A DNA stretch of 64,000 nucleotides from Cenococcum geophilum (lineage: Eukaryota): NCBI GenBank assembly GCA_050273025.1, contig CP158636.1:2728001-2792000 (forward strand). The letters run 5' to 3'. Within the stretch, counting starts at the first letter, position 1. Every line of letters begins with the position of its first letter. The position numbers and the translations under genes were made by a program. Below are positions 37,820 through 51,134 of this stretch, piece after piece. The notes under the pieces are model-generated. The model saw only the letters and a list, made by a program, of their open reading frames with translations. It did not search any database and was not told where the DNA came from.

Positions 37820-39568
37820 ATGTCGGCTCTCAAGAAACGGAAACTCAATGGAGATGTGCCCTCTGCAGGAGCAGCGATATCGAAAATTGAACCAGCAAAG
37901 TCCGTCGGGAGGCCATCCACGAAGACTGCTGCAGCGCTTTCGACGCAAAAGCTCGAAAAACTGCCCTCAAAGAATGTTGAGCCAGAGTCGGAGAGTGACG
38001 AAGAGTCACAAGAGATGCCCATGCTAGATGCCAAACCCTCCGAAGAGAAAGCGCCTACAAAATCATTTGTAGACCTAGGAATTATAGACTCGCTGTGCGA
38101 AGCTTGTGTTGCCATGGGCTTCAAGTCACCCACTCCTATACAAGCAGAGGCTATCCCTCTGGCACTACAAGGAAGAGATATAATTGGGTTAGCAGAAACG
38201 GGGTCTGGCAAAACTGCGGCATTTGCGCTACCAATCCTACAGGGTAAGCTTCTAGTTTATGGAACAAGGCATGAAAGATTGCTAATTAACTGCAGCTCTC
38301 ATGGATAAACCACAGCCTCTTTTCGGCCTGGTTCTGGCACCTACCCGTGAATTAGCATACCAAATCTCTCAACAATTTGAAGCTCTCGGATCTCTTATAT
38401 CTGTGCGATGTGCAGTGTTAGTTGGTGGAATGGAGATGGTTCCGCAAGCTATTGCGCTGGGGAAAAAGCCACATATAGTCGTTGCTACTCCTGGCAGATT
38501 GCTCGATCATCTAGAAAATACTAAAGGCTTTTCTCTGCGTAATTTGAAACATCTTGGTATGCTCCTTATGGCTGTCTTCATGTTTAAAGCTAACAATCTC
38601 GCAGTTATGGATGAAGCAGACAGACTTCTTGGTAGGCCGAATTACGATATCTTTCTGTATAATGAATCCAATCACTAACCGCAATGCTAGATCTCGATTT
38701 CGGTCCAATATTAGACAAGATCCTGAAGGTTCTCCCACGGGAAAACCGACACACCCACCTCTTCAGCGCAACCATGTCCTCAAAAGTCGAATCCCTCCAG
38801 CGAGCCTCCCTCCAAAACCCCATCCGCGTCAGCGTCTCCAGCTCCTCCCACCAAACCGTCTCCACTCTCCTTCAATCGTTCCTCGTCATCCCACAGTAAG
38901 TCCTCCCCACCCCACCACCGCCATCAACCCAACCTCTACTAACGCATCCCTCTAGCAAACACAAAGACCTCTACCTAATCCACCTACTGAACGACAACAT
39001 GGGCCACCCCACCATCATCTTCACACGCACAGTCAACGAAGCCCAACGCATCGCAATCCTGCTACGCACACTCGGCTTCGGCGCGATCCCGCTGCACGGG
39101 CAGCTCTCGCAGTCCGCGCGGCTGGGCGCGCTGTCCAAGTTCCGGGCGCGCAGCCGCGACATCCTCGTCGCGACCGACGTCGCCGCCCGCGGCCTCGACA
39201 TCCCGTCCGTCGACCTCGTCGTCAACTTCGACCTACCGCCCGACTCCAAGACGTACGTGCACCGCGTCGGCCGCACGGCGCGCGCGGGCAAGAGCGGGAA
39301 GGCGGTTAGTTTCGTCACGCAGTACGATGTTGAAATCTGGTTGCGGATTGAGAATGCGTTGGGCAGGAAGGTGGATGAGGAGAGGGTGGAGAAGGATGAG
39401 GTGATGGTGTTGGGGGAGCGAGTTGGGGAGGCACAGAGGGTGGCTGTGAGGGAGATGAAGGATTTGCATGAGGGGAGGGGGAAGAAGGGCGCCGTGCTTA
39501 AGGGGAGGAGAAGGGATGGTGGGGGAAGGAAGAGGGGGAGGGATGAGATGGATAGGGAGGAGGGGTAA
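37820..39568 (+). CDS. RRP3: DEAD-box rRNA helicase Rrp3/DDX47, 5 exons
   Basis: [23 protein letters not shown] (in a 27-nt exon, 38605-38631), SAT and [13 protein letters not shown]. Confidence 0.95.
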
Positions 39569-39980
39569 AATAGTGATCGGTAGTTTCGTAATGTGATAAG
39601 CTGGGTATAATTCTGTGTAAACATGCTCTACGGTATAGTACAAATAAGTCAAGCTACTCCTATCGTTGCATCCAGCATCCGCATCTCCTCAGGCTTTCAA
39701 AAAGCTTCATGCTTCTTGAACCATGCTCCTTACATGAGGCGCCATGCCCGCGCCTCCAGGATGCGCCCCACTTGACCCATAGCGTACTATCTCGTTTCCT
39801 CGAAACAAAGCGCCTAGTAGTCGAAACGTCTTTTGGCTCTTCAGGACAATTCCCCAGCCTGTGCCATGCCATCGAGCCGCTGCAGTCCGGTTTTTGGAGA
39901 CTTCAGAGGTCTCAAAGATCCTCCTCCGCAATAGCAGTTTGTCCTTTCACTTTACAACCTCATCCAACCACGCCATCTTC

Positions 39981-42312
39981 TCACTCCACAATCCCGCTCC
40001 GTCTAGGTGTCATGATCCCACTCCCCCTCTCCAAACTCCTCGCCCTGCTCCTCCTCCCGTCCATCTCGTCTACCCTCTCCTTCCCCACACTCCTCGCCCT
40101 ACTCCCCCTCTCCACCGACACTGCCCTACTCATCCTATCCCTATGCCGCCTCCCGCCCGTTGGCGGCGGCTTAAGCACATAATCGTACGTGCGCGGATCC
40201 ACAGCGCACAGCTCCCTCTCGAGCTTCCACAGCGGGCTCTCGGGCAGCACGCGGGTCGAGACATTGCGCTCGGAGGACCTAGCCTTCCACACGACGATGG
40301 GCTCGCCGCCCGGCGCGTCGTACGACACGACGAGTCTCCAGTCAGCCAGCGCGGCGCCCTCGTAGCGGCCCTTGTCGTCGACGCCAGGCCCGCCGAGGCG
40401 CAGCCGCGTGCGCGCGGACGGGTGGATGTATTCGTGCGTGTCGTGGAGCGGCCGCGACGTCTTGCGGCCTGAGGACGGGTCCACGGCGTAGTAGGTCCCC
40501 GGTGTGCGGGTCGTGCCGCCGCCGATGGCGTAGACGCCTGCCATGCTGTTGTATATTTCGCCTAAGGGAGGTGGGGTTAGGGGTTAGGGAGAGGTGTGAG
40601 GGGGGGACGGAGAGGGGAGAAAGAGGGGAGAATGTGGACTCACCGAATGACCATGGTCGGATGCGCTGGCGCTCTTTCCGGTAGTAGTGCGCGTTCTCCT
40701 CTTCTTGGTCTAGCACGTATTCCATGCGCATGTCTAGGAACGGCTCCAGTTGCGACATCATCCATGCGAGCGTGATATTGGCGAGTTGTTGGTCGTCGTA
40801 TCCGCCACCGATGTTGCTGTGCACGCCTGGGAACCAGACTTGGCGGAGAGTCTTGAGTAAGTCAGTCTTATCCATATTTCTGCAAGGAAGAAAATGAAGA
40901 GGGAAAAAGAAAACGGAGTGGCAGGGAGTATCAGTGTTTGAAGAGAGAGCAAGGGGGAAATACAGTATGGTTTCCCAGTGGCTTCTCCCACACAGCAGGA
41001 GAGAAGGCGCTTCTTCGCTCGTCCAAGGCAAGAGCTTGAAAGGCGTATTCGATGCTGTTGGAGAGCTTAGTATCGTAGAAAGACATTTCCTTCGACTCGT
41101 CCGTCTGGAGACCCACTCGAGTGAGCCAACTAATACGTGGAGTCCCAAGAGATCCTTCATTCCGTTAGATCGGCTGTACACGTAAACATTTTCACCTAGA
41201 CATACCGACTGTGTCCCAGACGCCAATTGCGCGTATCGGGATGTTCAAGCGTGAAAGGCCGCGCTATGCATACCCTCCACATCAGCCTTCCGCGCAGCAG
41301 AAATAACAACAGCATAACAAACAGTAATCTTACCCTTGCCAACTCCTCCCTATACCGCGGGTCATGCGCACTGGGCTTATTAGGAAACGGTGTATTTGGA
41401 TTCTTCGAGCGATAGCGCGGATCTCTCTGATGCTGAACATCCTTAAACACGTCTGCCAGGTAGCCCAGCCCGGATTTCGTCAGCAGGCCGACCTGTCCGA
41501 TCAGCCCCGCAATGCTGCGCGCCGTGAAGGCGCCGCGCGAGAAGCCGATTAGGAAGATCTCATCGCCTGGAGAGTAGTTTGTCGCGAGGAATGAGTAGCC
41601 TTCGCGCACATTCTCGCTGAGGCCTTGGCCGATTGAACCTGTATCCAGACACCATTAGCATATCCTCAATTCACTCCCCTATGTAAAATTGTCTTCTCCA
41701 GAAAATATTGAATTTACTCTCCTCTCTTTTACAGCCTTAGAAGCCCGCTCCATTCCTTTCAAATATTGAAATGTGGGGTGAGGAACTGAGTGCCACTCAC
41801 CTCCAACAACCCTATCCACAATCCCGCCCTGGCTCCCGACTCCAAAGTGATAATACACAACCTGCGGTATGCCATCCTTACTGACTGGATGAATAGCCCT
41901 CGAAAGCCGCGTCACATTACTCGGGACCGAAATCTTGCCGTTCACAAGCCCGTTGTCTGCATTCAACCACGTACCTGCACATCCGTCAATACACCAAATC
42001 CTATATCCCATGCCCATACAAACACATAACCCGGACCCACCAAGCTCTCCCGGCCATCCCTTACCCAGGACCCGGCTCCAACCCCAAACGTGCTCTTAAA
42101 CCCCCGATCTCCAACCCACCTCCCCCAGACCCCAACCCCAGAAAACAAAAGAACCAGCCAAACTCACCATCACACGCAACGATCAACCGCTTAAACCCCT
42201 TCTCCCCTCCCGCAGCTCTCTCCGCCCCTCCCTCAAGCCCAACCCCGATCCTCTCCCCGCCCAGACTGCGCCTCCGTCTCGCGCGCGACGTATTCGCCAC
42301 CGACGCATCCAT
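39981..42312 (-). CDS. DUF2235 (Tle1-like alpha/beta hydrolase) protein, multi-exon
   Basis: KRLIVACDG|TWL, SNVTRL, GFSRGAFTARS, GVWDTV, AFQALALDERR and QVWFPGVHSNIGGGY are spread over several exons. Confidence 0.9.
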
Positions 42313-43224
42313 GGTCTCGGAACCCTTTCCTATCTCTTTCGTCCAGCAACCCACCCACCGAGTCTCTTAAAAAAAATCAATGATAAAAGAACAACTTAAT
42401 CTGCCCCTCTCCCAACCCCACGGGCGCGGGTGCCTGCCGATCGCCGGGTGCCGGAAAAGCGCCGAGTTCAAACCACCCCAAAGCAAACCCAAAATGAACC
42501 CCGAATAGAAAACGGTAACAAACCCAGAAACAAACCCACCCCCGGGGATTCAGGTAGTTAGCTAGTTAGCTAGTGCGGTCGCGCAGTCACGTATCGGGAC
42601 GTTGGCGAAAAAAAGAGAAAAAAAAAGGAGGGTCGTGTGTATTGCATTGTATGGCAGGGTGTTCGTCGCGGGTTCATAGCCGTCCAAAACATGTTTGATG
42701 GATCACGCTGGCCTCTTTTCTGCGCTGGCGGGCGGCGCTGCATGCGATTTCGCCGGCGGCTGCGGCGGCTACGCTTTGCTTTGGGGCAGCGCGCGGCGCA
42801 AAGCCACTTTACAGCATTAGATCAGATGGTGGGATGGGATAGGCGGGCGGAAATGGAGTCTGGGCGGTGCGCACCGCGGCTCGGTCTACTCTAGACACTT
42901 CCACTTCCCCCATTCCAACATTGATGGTATTCCTTGACCATGCCACACGCCGGGCAAGCCACGCTAAAGTTGATGTATCTTTATTCTTTGGCGGGAGATC
43001 TACAAACAAGTTTACCAGAGTAACGAAGGTACAAAGACACCATGATACTGCTTTAACCCAGCCAACCCCACAGGCACCCTCACGTGTCGACTGAAGCAAC
43101 TCCACTATGGTTGACAGCTTACTGACCCTTCAACACAGACCCTGCGGGGAGCTACGTTCTCGGCCGCCACTCACTCCGAGTTACAATCAAGCACGGCTTC
43201 AAGCACAGGCCCCCGGCCGCCGGC

Positions 43225-45964
43225 ATGGCTGTTCGGCGGCCCTCTGGGCGCGAAGACTTCGAGATTGGGATAATTTGCGCTTTACCACTAGAATACAACG
43301 CTGTTTCCCTCATCTTCGACGAATTTTGGGATGAAGATGGCGACCCGTACGGGAGAGCGGCTGGAGACCACAATAACTATACGACCGGTCGCATTGGCAA
43401 GTATAACGTCGTCCTGGCTCTGCTTTCTCACATGGGCAAAACCAATGCTACCAGCGCAGCCCATAGCTTACGGCTAAGCTACAGTGGGCTGCGGTTTGTT
43501 TTCCTTGTTGGAATCTGCGGTGGGGTGCCTCGCGTTGGCGCCGAGGAAATCCTGCTAGGTGATGTGGTTATTAGCAAGACTATTGTCTAATATGACTTTG
43601 GCAGGCGATACCCCGATGAGTTCCTACGTAAAGATACCGTTGAGGATAACCTTAGCAAGCCAAATAAGAAGGTCCGGAACTTATTAGTTACATTCGAGAC
43701 AAACCACAGCATAGAACTGCTTTATCAAAGAACTGCAATCTTCCTCAAAGAGCTCTAGGCAATAGCCGCGAAACGGAGGAAGAGTCGAGGTAAATATAAC
43801 TACCCTGGGACGGCCGAGGATAAGCTTTTTGAATCGAACTATACACACGGTATCCCGCGGACACGTAAATACATGGAGTGCCATATAACATCCAGCCGTG
43901 TCTGCGACGAGTCCTTTAACCTATCTTGCGAGGAGGTGGGATGCGATAAAAAGCACTTGGTGCCAAGAGAGCGACTTGAGATGAAACGACAGCTAGAGCC
44001 TGACAATATCGACGAGGCACAAGAGCCCGCCATCTATGTCGGCCCCATTGCGTCAGGTGATATAGTGATGAAGTCTGGGGAAGACCGGGATAGAATCGCG
44101 AGGAAAGAAGGTGTCATTGCATTCGAGATGGAGGCAGCGGGCGTCTGGGAAGAGCTACCCTGTTGCATCGTCGTCAAAGGGGTATGCGACTATGCTGACA
44201 GTCATAAAAACAAGAAATGGCAGAATTTTGCTGCTGCTACCGCGTCTTCCGTTACAAAGGTTCTTCTAGAACGCCTTATCCGAGAAGACAAACCGCTGGC
44301 GCTGGCCATGCGTGACGGTGGGTTATGAATTTCTTCGAACCTATAAGTAAGTGGATTGCGAAATCTGAACTAACACTGCTAGTGCTTTAGAACGAGCCGA
44401 TACGTCCAATATGCTCCAAAACAGCAGCCTGGGTTGCAATATTGCGAGATTACAACAAGAGAACAACATCATGGGACTGCCAGAATCAAATTTGTTAACC
44501 ATTCTTATGAGCCATCTAGCTCGAGGCCTGCCTCCCCAAATTAAGCATCAAGACCCTGTGACGGTGATTGATGCGCGGAATCGACCTATACCCTTTTTTC
44601 TAGACACGATAGGTTCCGTAGAGGTCTGCAAAGACGCTTTATTGCAGCCTTATGTAGTATAGGGATACTGACGTATATCTAGCTCTTCACCGAAGTTCTG
44701 AAGGAGAAGTTTAAAGACTTCGGATTAGGAAAGATAAAGCGAGGGGAATAGTGCCTCGAGGACCACTATACTGGGCAAATCCTTAATCTTACAAAACCTT
44801 GGAAATCGCTCATAAGGGTAAGTGTCCTAGGCTAGAGTAGATGCATACTAGTAAACTAACTCCAGTAGCCTGGCCAACTCCTCGATATGACTATGATATT
44901 CCGCCGACGGAATATATCGTCCACACAATATCCAGTATGCCGTTCTAAGAATTTTGGTGATCCTAAAACACAAGTAACATGGTAGGTATTCCTAGCTATT
45001 ACTACATCGGAACCGCTTGACTTAGACACAGTATAGCCACATGTGCGCTTTAACGTATCGCCGCATCGAGGAAATCCAAGAGATACCTATCCTAGAGGAA
45101 GGTTCTCAGCCTCAGCCAAGGACAGCAGTCCCCCAAGCAACTCCCAAGGGAGAGCATAAAGTTCTAGCGCCGTTGCCAAGACCCAGACCACTAAAACCAC
45201 AGAATGACGACGACGATATTAGCCATTACAGCCATGTGCAGATTATCGACACTAGTTTCCAGATCCAAAAGGCTGGGGAAAGCAAGATTGTAGCGGGTAT
45301 AGCCACGCTGAGCATGCAGGATTTGGACGATCCCGAATGCCTGGCAGCATATCTAGCGACGGTTTGCGGTCTCCCAGAGGAGGATTGCCTAGTCGCTCTA
45401 AGGGAGTGTGAGACTCAGCTCCTAGCTATAAGAGTACAATCTTATCAATCCCGTCAATTCGAAGCTTTGCGGAGGATGGTGAGGCGAGCGATTGCTGAAG
45501 GAAAAAAGCGCAAGGGACGAAAGCGACGGCGCGAGAAGACTGCAAATTAAGTTCCAAAAGCGCGAAGGGGCCATCAAGAAGGCTCTGCGAGCTACGGATA
45601 AAGAAGAGAAGGAACGCTACTTTAAAGATGCTCAGATGGCTGAAAAGAAGGCTAAAGCCACAAGTCAATTGCTCCAAGGAGGTACACCAAGCAAGGATGT
45701 CCGAGAAGTTACGCCACATGCTCCAAACCAGGTGGTACTATGAGTTCTTTCCAGATGTCCGATGATATTCCACGCGCCCGACTGAAAATGACGAAGGAGC
45801 AGAAGCAAGTAGAGAAGGATGCTGCTGCCGCTGCCCAGGCTGTTATTGACTGGGGAGATGAGCTCCCGACCATAACGCCGAAGGAGGGCCCCCATTTGGA
45901 GGCCCTAAAGAGCCGGAGCCAAACTGAGGATTCTCGCTGGCCTAATTTCGTATTCAATTCATAA
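43225..45964 (+). pseudogene. PNP_UDP plus fungal ubiquitin-like domain gene, inactivated
   Basis: FEIGIICALPLE, GICGGVP, FEMEAAG, KGVCDYADSHKNKKWQ, then QDPVTVIDARNRPIPFFLD..PGQLLDMTMIF..CALTYRRI. In-frame stops at 43588, 43756 and 44749. The 3' extent past 45550 is uncertain (frameshifted fragments). Confidence 0.8.
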
Positions 45965-46929
45965 GCCAGTTAGAGTATCGCGATATGAATGAATAATCGC
46001 AATATTGTAGATATAGGCAACATCAACAGTCTTGGCATGGTGTTGTACTAAATTGATGCAGGCGACGTCTCCATTGGAATAAGGGGTTGCGTAGGATATG
46101 GGGGCTGAGATGGGGAGGTGTGCTGGTACGGCAGGAAGGATGGGGATAGGAATAGGAAAGGGATTTTGGGGGCTGAGAAGACGTTGAGATAGGGCTATGA
46201 CGGTATGACCTGTCTGAGAAGGAAGCTATCTAATGCAGAGCCAGCTTGACCTTGGAATAGTGCGGGTTCATGGGGGGCTCGAGACATGTAGTTCTGATAA
46301 CTTAACCTCTAACTTATTCAAGTGGCGCCCGTCATCGCCATGCAAACCAGCAAAAGCGTACTCAATTCTCCGCATTGACCACCCATCACATGTTCCAGCG
46401 AGTTGAGTAGATTTACTAATTTCTGATACTGTATTCATACTCCCACTTACCATCCATCCCAGCCCCGCCCAATTCTCCTAGATAAAAGAATCTCCCGAGG
46501 AAAAAAACCGAAGCCTAGCCCCCAGGACGCCTTCAGCCATACCTACAACTATCTTACAAGAACAAGCCATCTCAAGTGGTCTAAATGCCCCCCCCTCCCC
46601 TTCCCACAAGGAGACAAACATTCCTGTAATCGGACCCGATTCGCCCCGAAAGACGCAGCGCTGGAGCAAGACGAAGAAGCGATCTAGGGATACACAATCG
46701 GAAGGAGAGGAGGAGAGGGTGGGGTAAAAAGTATGAAAAAAGGTAGAAAATCAAGAGTTGTGCTGTCCCGCTCGAAAATAGGAGAAGAGATTCATAAATC
46801 CATTACGATTTCCCGCAACACATAGGCCAAATAGATCCCATCCCAGTCAATTTTTGTCATCCGTTCTCTTTCTCTTTCCCTTTTTCATTCTTATTCTCTT
46901 TCTGTTTCATTCCTTCTCTTCCCACCCCC

Positions 46930-48262
46930 TCAGTACTCCCCAAACAAATCCTCCAGCTCATCCAGCTCCACATTCTCAGGACTCTTCAGATCCTCCGACC
47001 AGCCCCACTCCTCCTCCCCACCCATCCGCACATCATCAGAATCGCCCTTGAACACCGCCCGCGATATCTCGATCTCGAGCTGCGGCTTCAGCAGCGGACT
47101 ACTCGCCGCAAACCCGTGCTGCATCGGATGCACAACCAGATGATCGACCTGGCCGAACAGCGCAGCCGCAGCCTCCGAGTTCCGCAGCGCGGCGCTCTCC
47201 TCCGTCTCCTCGATGTCCGCGGGCACGGGGTCGTCCATCGCGGTGTCGCCGGCGGACTGCGACGCGCCGGACAAAGCGGCGGTCGTCTCAGCGTCTCGAC
47301 TCCGGCTGCGCTGCTGCAGGGACGAGGCCGTCTGCGTGAATTCGCGCTCGTCGCGCTCGAGCGGCGGCGACACGGCGCGGCGGTTGTGCGAGATGTTCGA
47401 GCTGGTCGGCGGGTGCGTCCCGCTGCGCATCAGCGGGTTGCGGTTCGAGAAGGGCGTGCTGTCGTCTTCGAATTCCGGAGATGACAGGTCGAGTTCCGGG
47501 GACGGCGAGAGCTGCGAACGGGTCCGAGCGTCCAGGTCTTCCTCTTCCTCCGAGGCGGCGGATGATAGGGACGGCGAAATAATACGAGCTGTCGAGAGGC
47601 TCTCTGGCGAATCGGATGGAATGGGTTGGTGGGGACAGGTGGTCAGATAGTAGTATACTCGCTTGGGATGCGTGCCAACAAGCACTCTATCGAGAGGACA
47701 GCGAGATAGCGCGGTCCAAGGGCGGCGGAGGTAGGTTGCGAGTCGTGATGAAATTATCGCAGAGGGGTTCGCCGAGCTGGGAAACGTCAGTACCTTTAGC
47801 GTGCATGAAAGCCGAGGAAGCGCACCTCTCAACAATGGAGATTGAGTTCGCAAGAACGGCACCCAGCTCTTTTAGCAGGTGTGGCCTGTTTCCAGTCTTC
47901 TCCAACTGCTGAATTACGCCCACGACGATGGTGTCGTCGATTCCTTCCGTGTCGACCTTTGTCTGTCCAGACTCTCCACCAGGCGACGGTGGCGGGGTGT
48001 TTTCCGCCACTCGACCAGCGCTCTTCGGTCGGTCATCGCGAAAGCGGATGGTAGTTGTTCGTGGAGGGCTCGCAGGCGTTGGAGAGGTTGAACTCGAGGT
48101 ATGCGATCGCTTGATTTTTTTCGGAGGTGGTTGTTGTTGCTGCTGCTGCTCGCCTGGGACTGTTGCAGGCGGTGAGCGGTGAGCTGACGATCGGGAGCTG
48201 TTTGGCAGGTGAATGCCTAGCGACGGCAGCGACAGCGACTTCCTCCTCGTGTTGTAGGGCAT
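46930..48262 (-). CDS. GDS1-like winged-helix domain protein, 2 exons
   Basis: MPYNTRRKSLSLPSLGIHLP..QLEKTGNRPHLLKEL..SANPSAIISSRLATYLRRPW..HPKRVYYYLTT. Intron 47777-47825. Confidence 0.8.
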
Positions 48263-50159
48263 TATGGCGAGATGTAGCGAGAGATGGTGCGGGAGCGACA
48301 GGTCTGTTGCGGGTGTTCCGGTCGCAGGGCAAATAATTTTGGTGTCGCGCGACGCGGGAGAATAATTGCGGCGGTGGATTTGTTGTGCTTCCTTGTGAGA
48401 AATGGACGGGGGTTCGGCGTCGATGGTCCTAATTGGCCAAGGTGCGATGCGGAATGCGGTCGGGGGGTCTAGTCCTTGCCTGAATGGTTTACCGCTGGTA
48501 TGCACGCTGGATAATGCAAGGTAGCGTAGTGCGACACTTCTGCCTGTCTACTTTGGGTACGACGGTTCCGGCTGAAAGTTGAGCGTTGAGGGTGGTTGCT
48601 GACGGCGACTGAGGCAAATCAGGGCGAGCTCCTTTCACAGGCCCCGTCCGGTTCTTCGCGTACGTAACAACCACCAGTGAAACTCGAGTGTTGCCAGCAA
48701 CAGGGAGATTCAAACACAGCGACGACGGGATGGTGTCTGTCGCAAAGGCGATGTCACCAGGTAGAATAATGGTACAAGGTGCAGTTCAAGGGAGGCGATT
48801 CGCAGAGGTTGAGGGTGTTGGAGGGAAAGGCGGGAGAAAGGAGTGACGGGGTGAGCAATGGCCCAAGGAACTACTAGCCGAGTCGTTATTCAATGATTGC
48901 ATCGTCACGGCGTTTGGATATGAACATCACTAACTTTAGCAGGCGGCAAGGGGGGCCCACATAGGTGTGGTGTGTGTGGTGGGAGGCATAAGAGACCAGA
49001 TTTTCATGAGCGCCGACAAGTGGCACACAAGCTGGTTGAAGCCACCAACCTCTGCGCCGCAAAACCGTCTTCTCGCGCTTGTGCTCCGGCGTGCAGACTT
49101 CCTGCACGTACAAATACCGGGCCCCCCTTTGAGCTGCCCGACTGGGATAAGGGACTATTTATTGCCAAAGCAGTAATGGAGCAATCTAATCGTCCAGTAA
49201 TGCAGTAATCTGATGGCGGAGAAGGGTCCTGCTGATACAAGGCTAGCAGCAGACGCAGGCGCATGACGGACGCGCTGATGTTTGCACAACTGCAGAGCAG
49301 AGACCCCCTTGGCCAGCGGGGGGCTGCTGGGGGAATTTGATGATCCGATGGGGCTTGCATGTCATCTGTTCCAGCAGCGACCAAGCCCCTGTTTCGCAAT
49401 GACGCCCTAGCCATTTAGCCTTAACGCCAAGAGACAGAGTCGGGCGGTGAGCCGTGGGCCGCAGAAAAGCCCGACGCGAAAATAACAAAAAGTGGAAAAA
49501 AAGAAAGTGGAAAAAGACACTCAAACCTCGGTGCTGACCGCCTTAAGAGGAAGAGCCATCCGCGGGCCTAACAACTCCTAAAAGGCCCTTTCTCCACGCG
49601 TCAACCCAGTCCTGAATCGCTAAGCTGACTTTTGCCGCCAAACGCAGCGCCCAAGGCCCGCCATTCTTTCCCCTCTTTTCTGGAAAAGCAAACGGTTTCC
49701 ATGTTTCGAAAGCCTGTATATGGGGGCGGATTTCCCACTGATCACCTTGCGACCTCCCGTCAAATACTCTCCGAGGAGCCAATGATGGCTCCATGACACG
49801 AACATCGGCGTCACTATTATGGGGAGGCTGTCGGGAGAGACACGCGGAACACTATCCCCTTGGGGTTTATTAAGGTTTTACCCGCATCCCTTCTATCAAT
49901 AAGATTGCGAGGCGAGTCATGCAGGTGAGCCGCTTGCCTGCAGATCTGGACCTGCCCATCTCAATAAACCCTCTCCGCATTGTAACTGAAGGAAGATGAC
50001 GTGACGTCGTGGATATTGCATCTTGCAATAACAAATGCCAATCATGTGTGGCTAGCTGAAAGGAGGCATCACTCAAGAATCCTGCCTGCTCTCTCCGTGC
50101 CTGATTTGTCGACCGAGGGCCCTCTGTGAATATACGCGAAGCTCACTGGAGCTCGGGTT

Positions 50160-51134
50160 TCAGCTCCAGACACCCCACCACCGCTTCTGGGCTACTTGCG
50201 GGACGACCTCCTGCCCAGCCGCTTCCTCAATCGGACTTGCTTCCTTCTTCATCCCCTTCCGTGGCTTCAATTCCACCCACCAGGTAGTCCCGAAGTTGTG
50301 TCTCTTGATCTTGACTACCTCCAGCCCACTGTCCTCTACAATCTTCCCGATATCCTTGTTCCACCAGCACCCGTGTTTATCTGCATGCATTGGTGCCGTC
50401 TTGTCCAAGTAGTCGTTCAGCCACCCGTAATGCGACTTCCCGTGCTCAAGTAGCAGTATCTGCCCGCCGTCTTTTTTTGTGATTGCTCCCAGGTTGCGCA
50501 GCAGGGCCTCGGGTTCCGGCGTCGAGCATAACCCCATGGTCTGAATTACCGTGTCAAAACCTTCGGGCGACGGCGAAGGAATTGGGTCCAGAGCCGATTG
50601 ATTCCTGAAGAAGATCCTGCGAGAGTACTCTGGGTGCTCGTCTTTCCACTTCCTCTTCGCGATCGCCAGCATCGGCGAACTCTGGTCCACCATAGTAATC
50701 GACTTGCACTCCTTCAAAGGGTAGTATGGTATATTCCTCCCTGTGCCGACTGACACCTCTAAAATATCCCCTTTCGCGAGCTTTGTCAGCTCTTTCCGGC
50801 GTTTATTGATCCCCGCAAGCTTCTCAATGGTGTTGACATCGCTATCAAAACTGGCGGCATTCTCGTCATAGCGATCGGAGACATCTGCGGGGACGGCTTG
50901 TGCTAGGGGTAGACGGCTAAGTGATGTGTAGACAAGCACGCCGTAGCATGATATACCAAAGACCGTGACTCCAGCTAGAATAAGCGGCACTCTCCTGCTT
51001 CTTGAGTATGCTGGAGTTTGAATTGGATTTGGTGCTGACTTTGGCGGACGCGGCCGATATTGGAATGGTCGAGAGCTCGCGGACTTCTGCTGGGTTTGTC
51101 CTGTCGTGTGTTTCGATTTAGGAGGTTGGCTCAT
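50160..51134 (-). CDS. SAM-dependent methyltransferase, Oms1-like (mitochondrial)
   Basis: One TM segment, ILEVSVGTGRN, FDTVIQTMGLCS, LLLEHG and HADKHGCWWNKDI. First plausible ATG at 51134. Confidence 0.85.
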   Translation of the reverse strand: MSQPPKSKHTTGQTQQKSASSRPFQYRPRPPKSAPNPIQTPAYSRSRRVPLILAGVTVFGISCYGVLVYTSLSRLPLAQAVPADVSDRYDENAASFDSDVNTIEKLAGINKRRKELTKLAKGDILEVSVGTGRNIPYYPLKECKSITMVDQSSPMLAIAKRKWKDEHPEYSRRIFFRNQSALDPIPSPSPEGFDTVIQTMGLCSTPEPEALLRNLGAITKKDGGQILLLEHGKSHYGWLNDYLDKTAPMHADKHGCWWNKDIGKIVEDSGLEVVKIKRHNFGTTWWVELKPRKGMKKEASPIEEAAGQEVVPQVAQKRWWGVWS

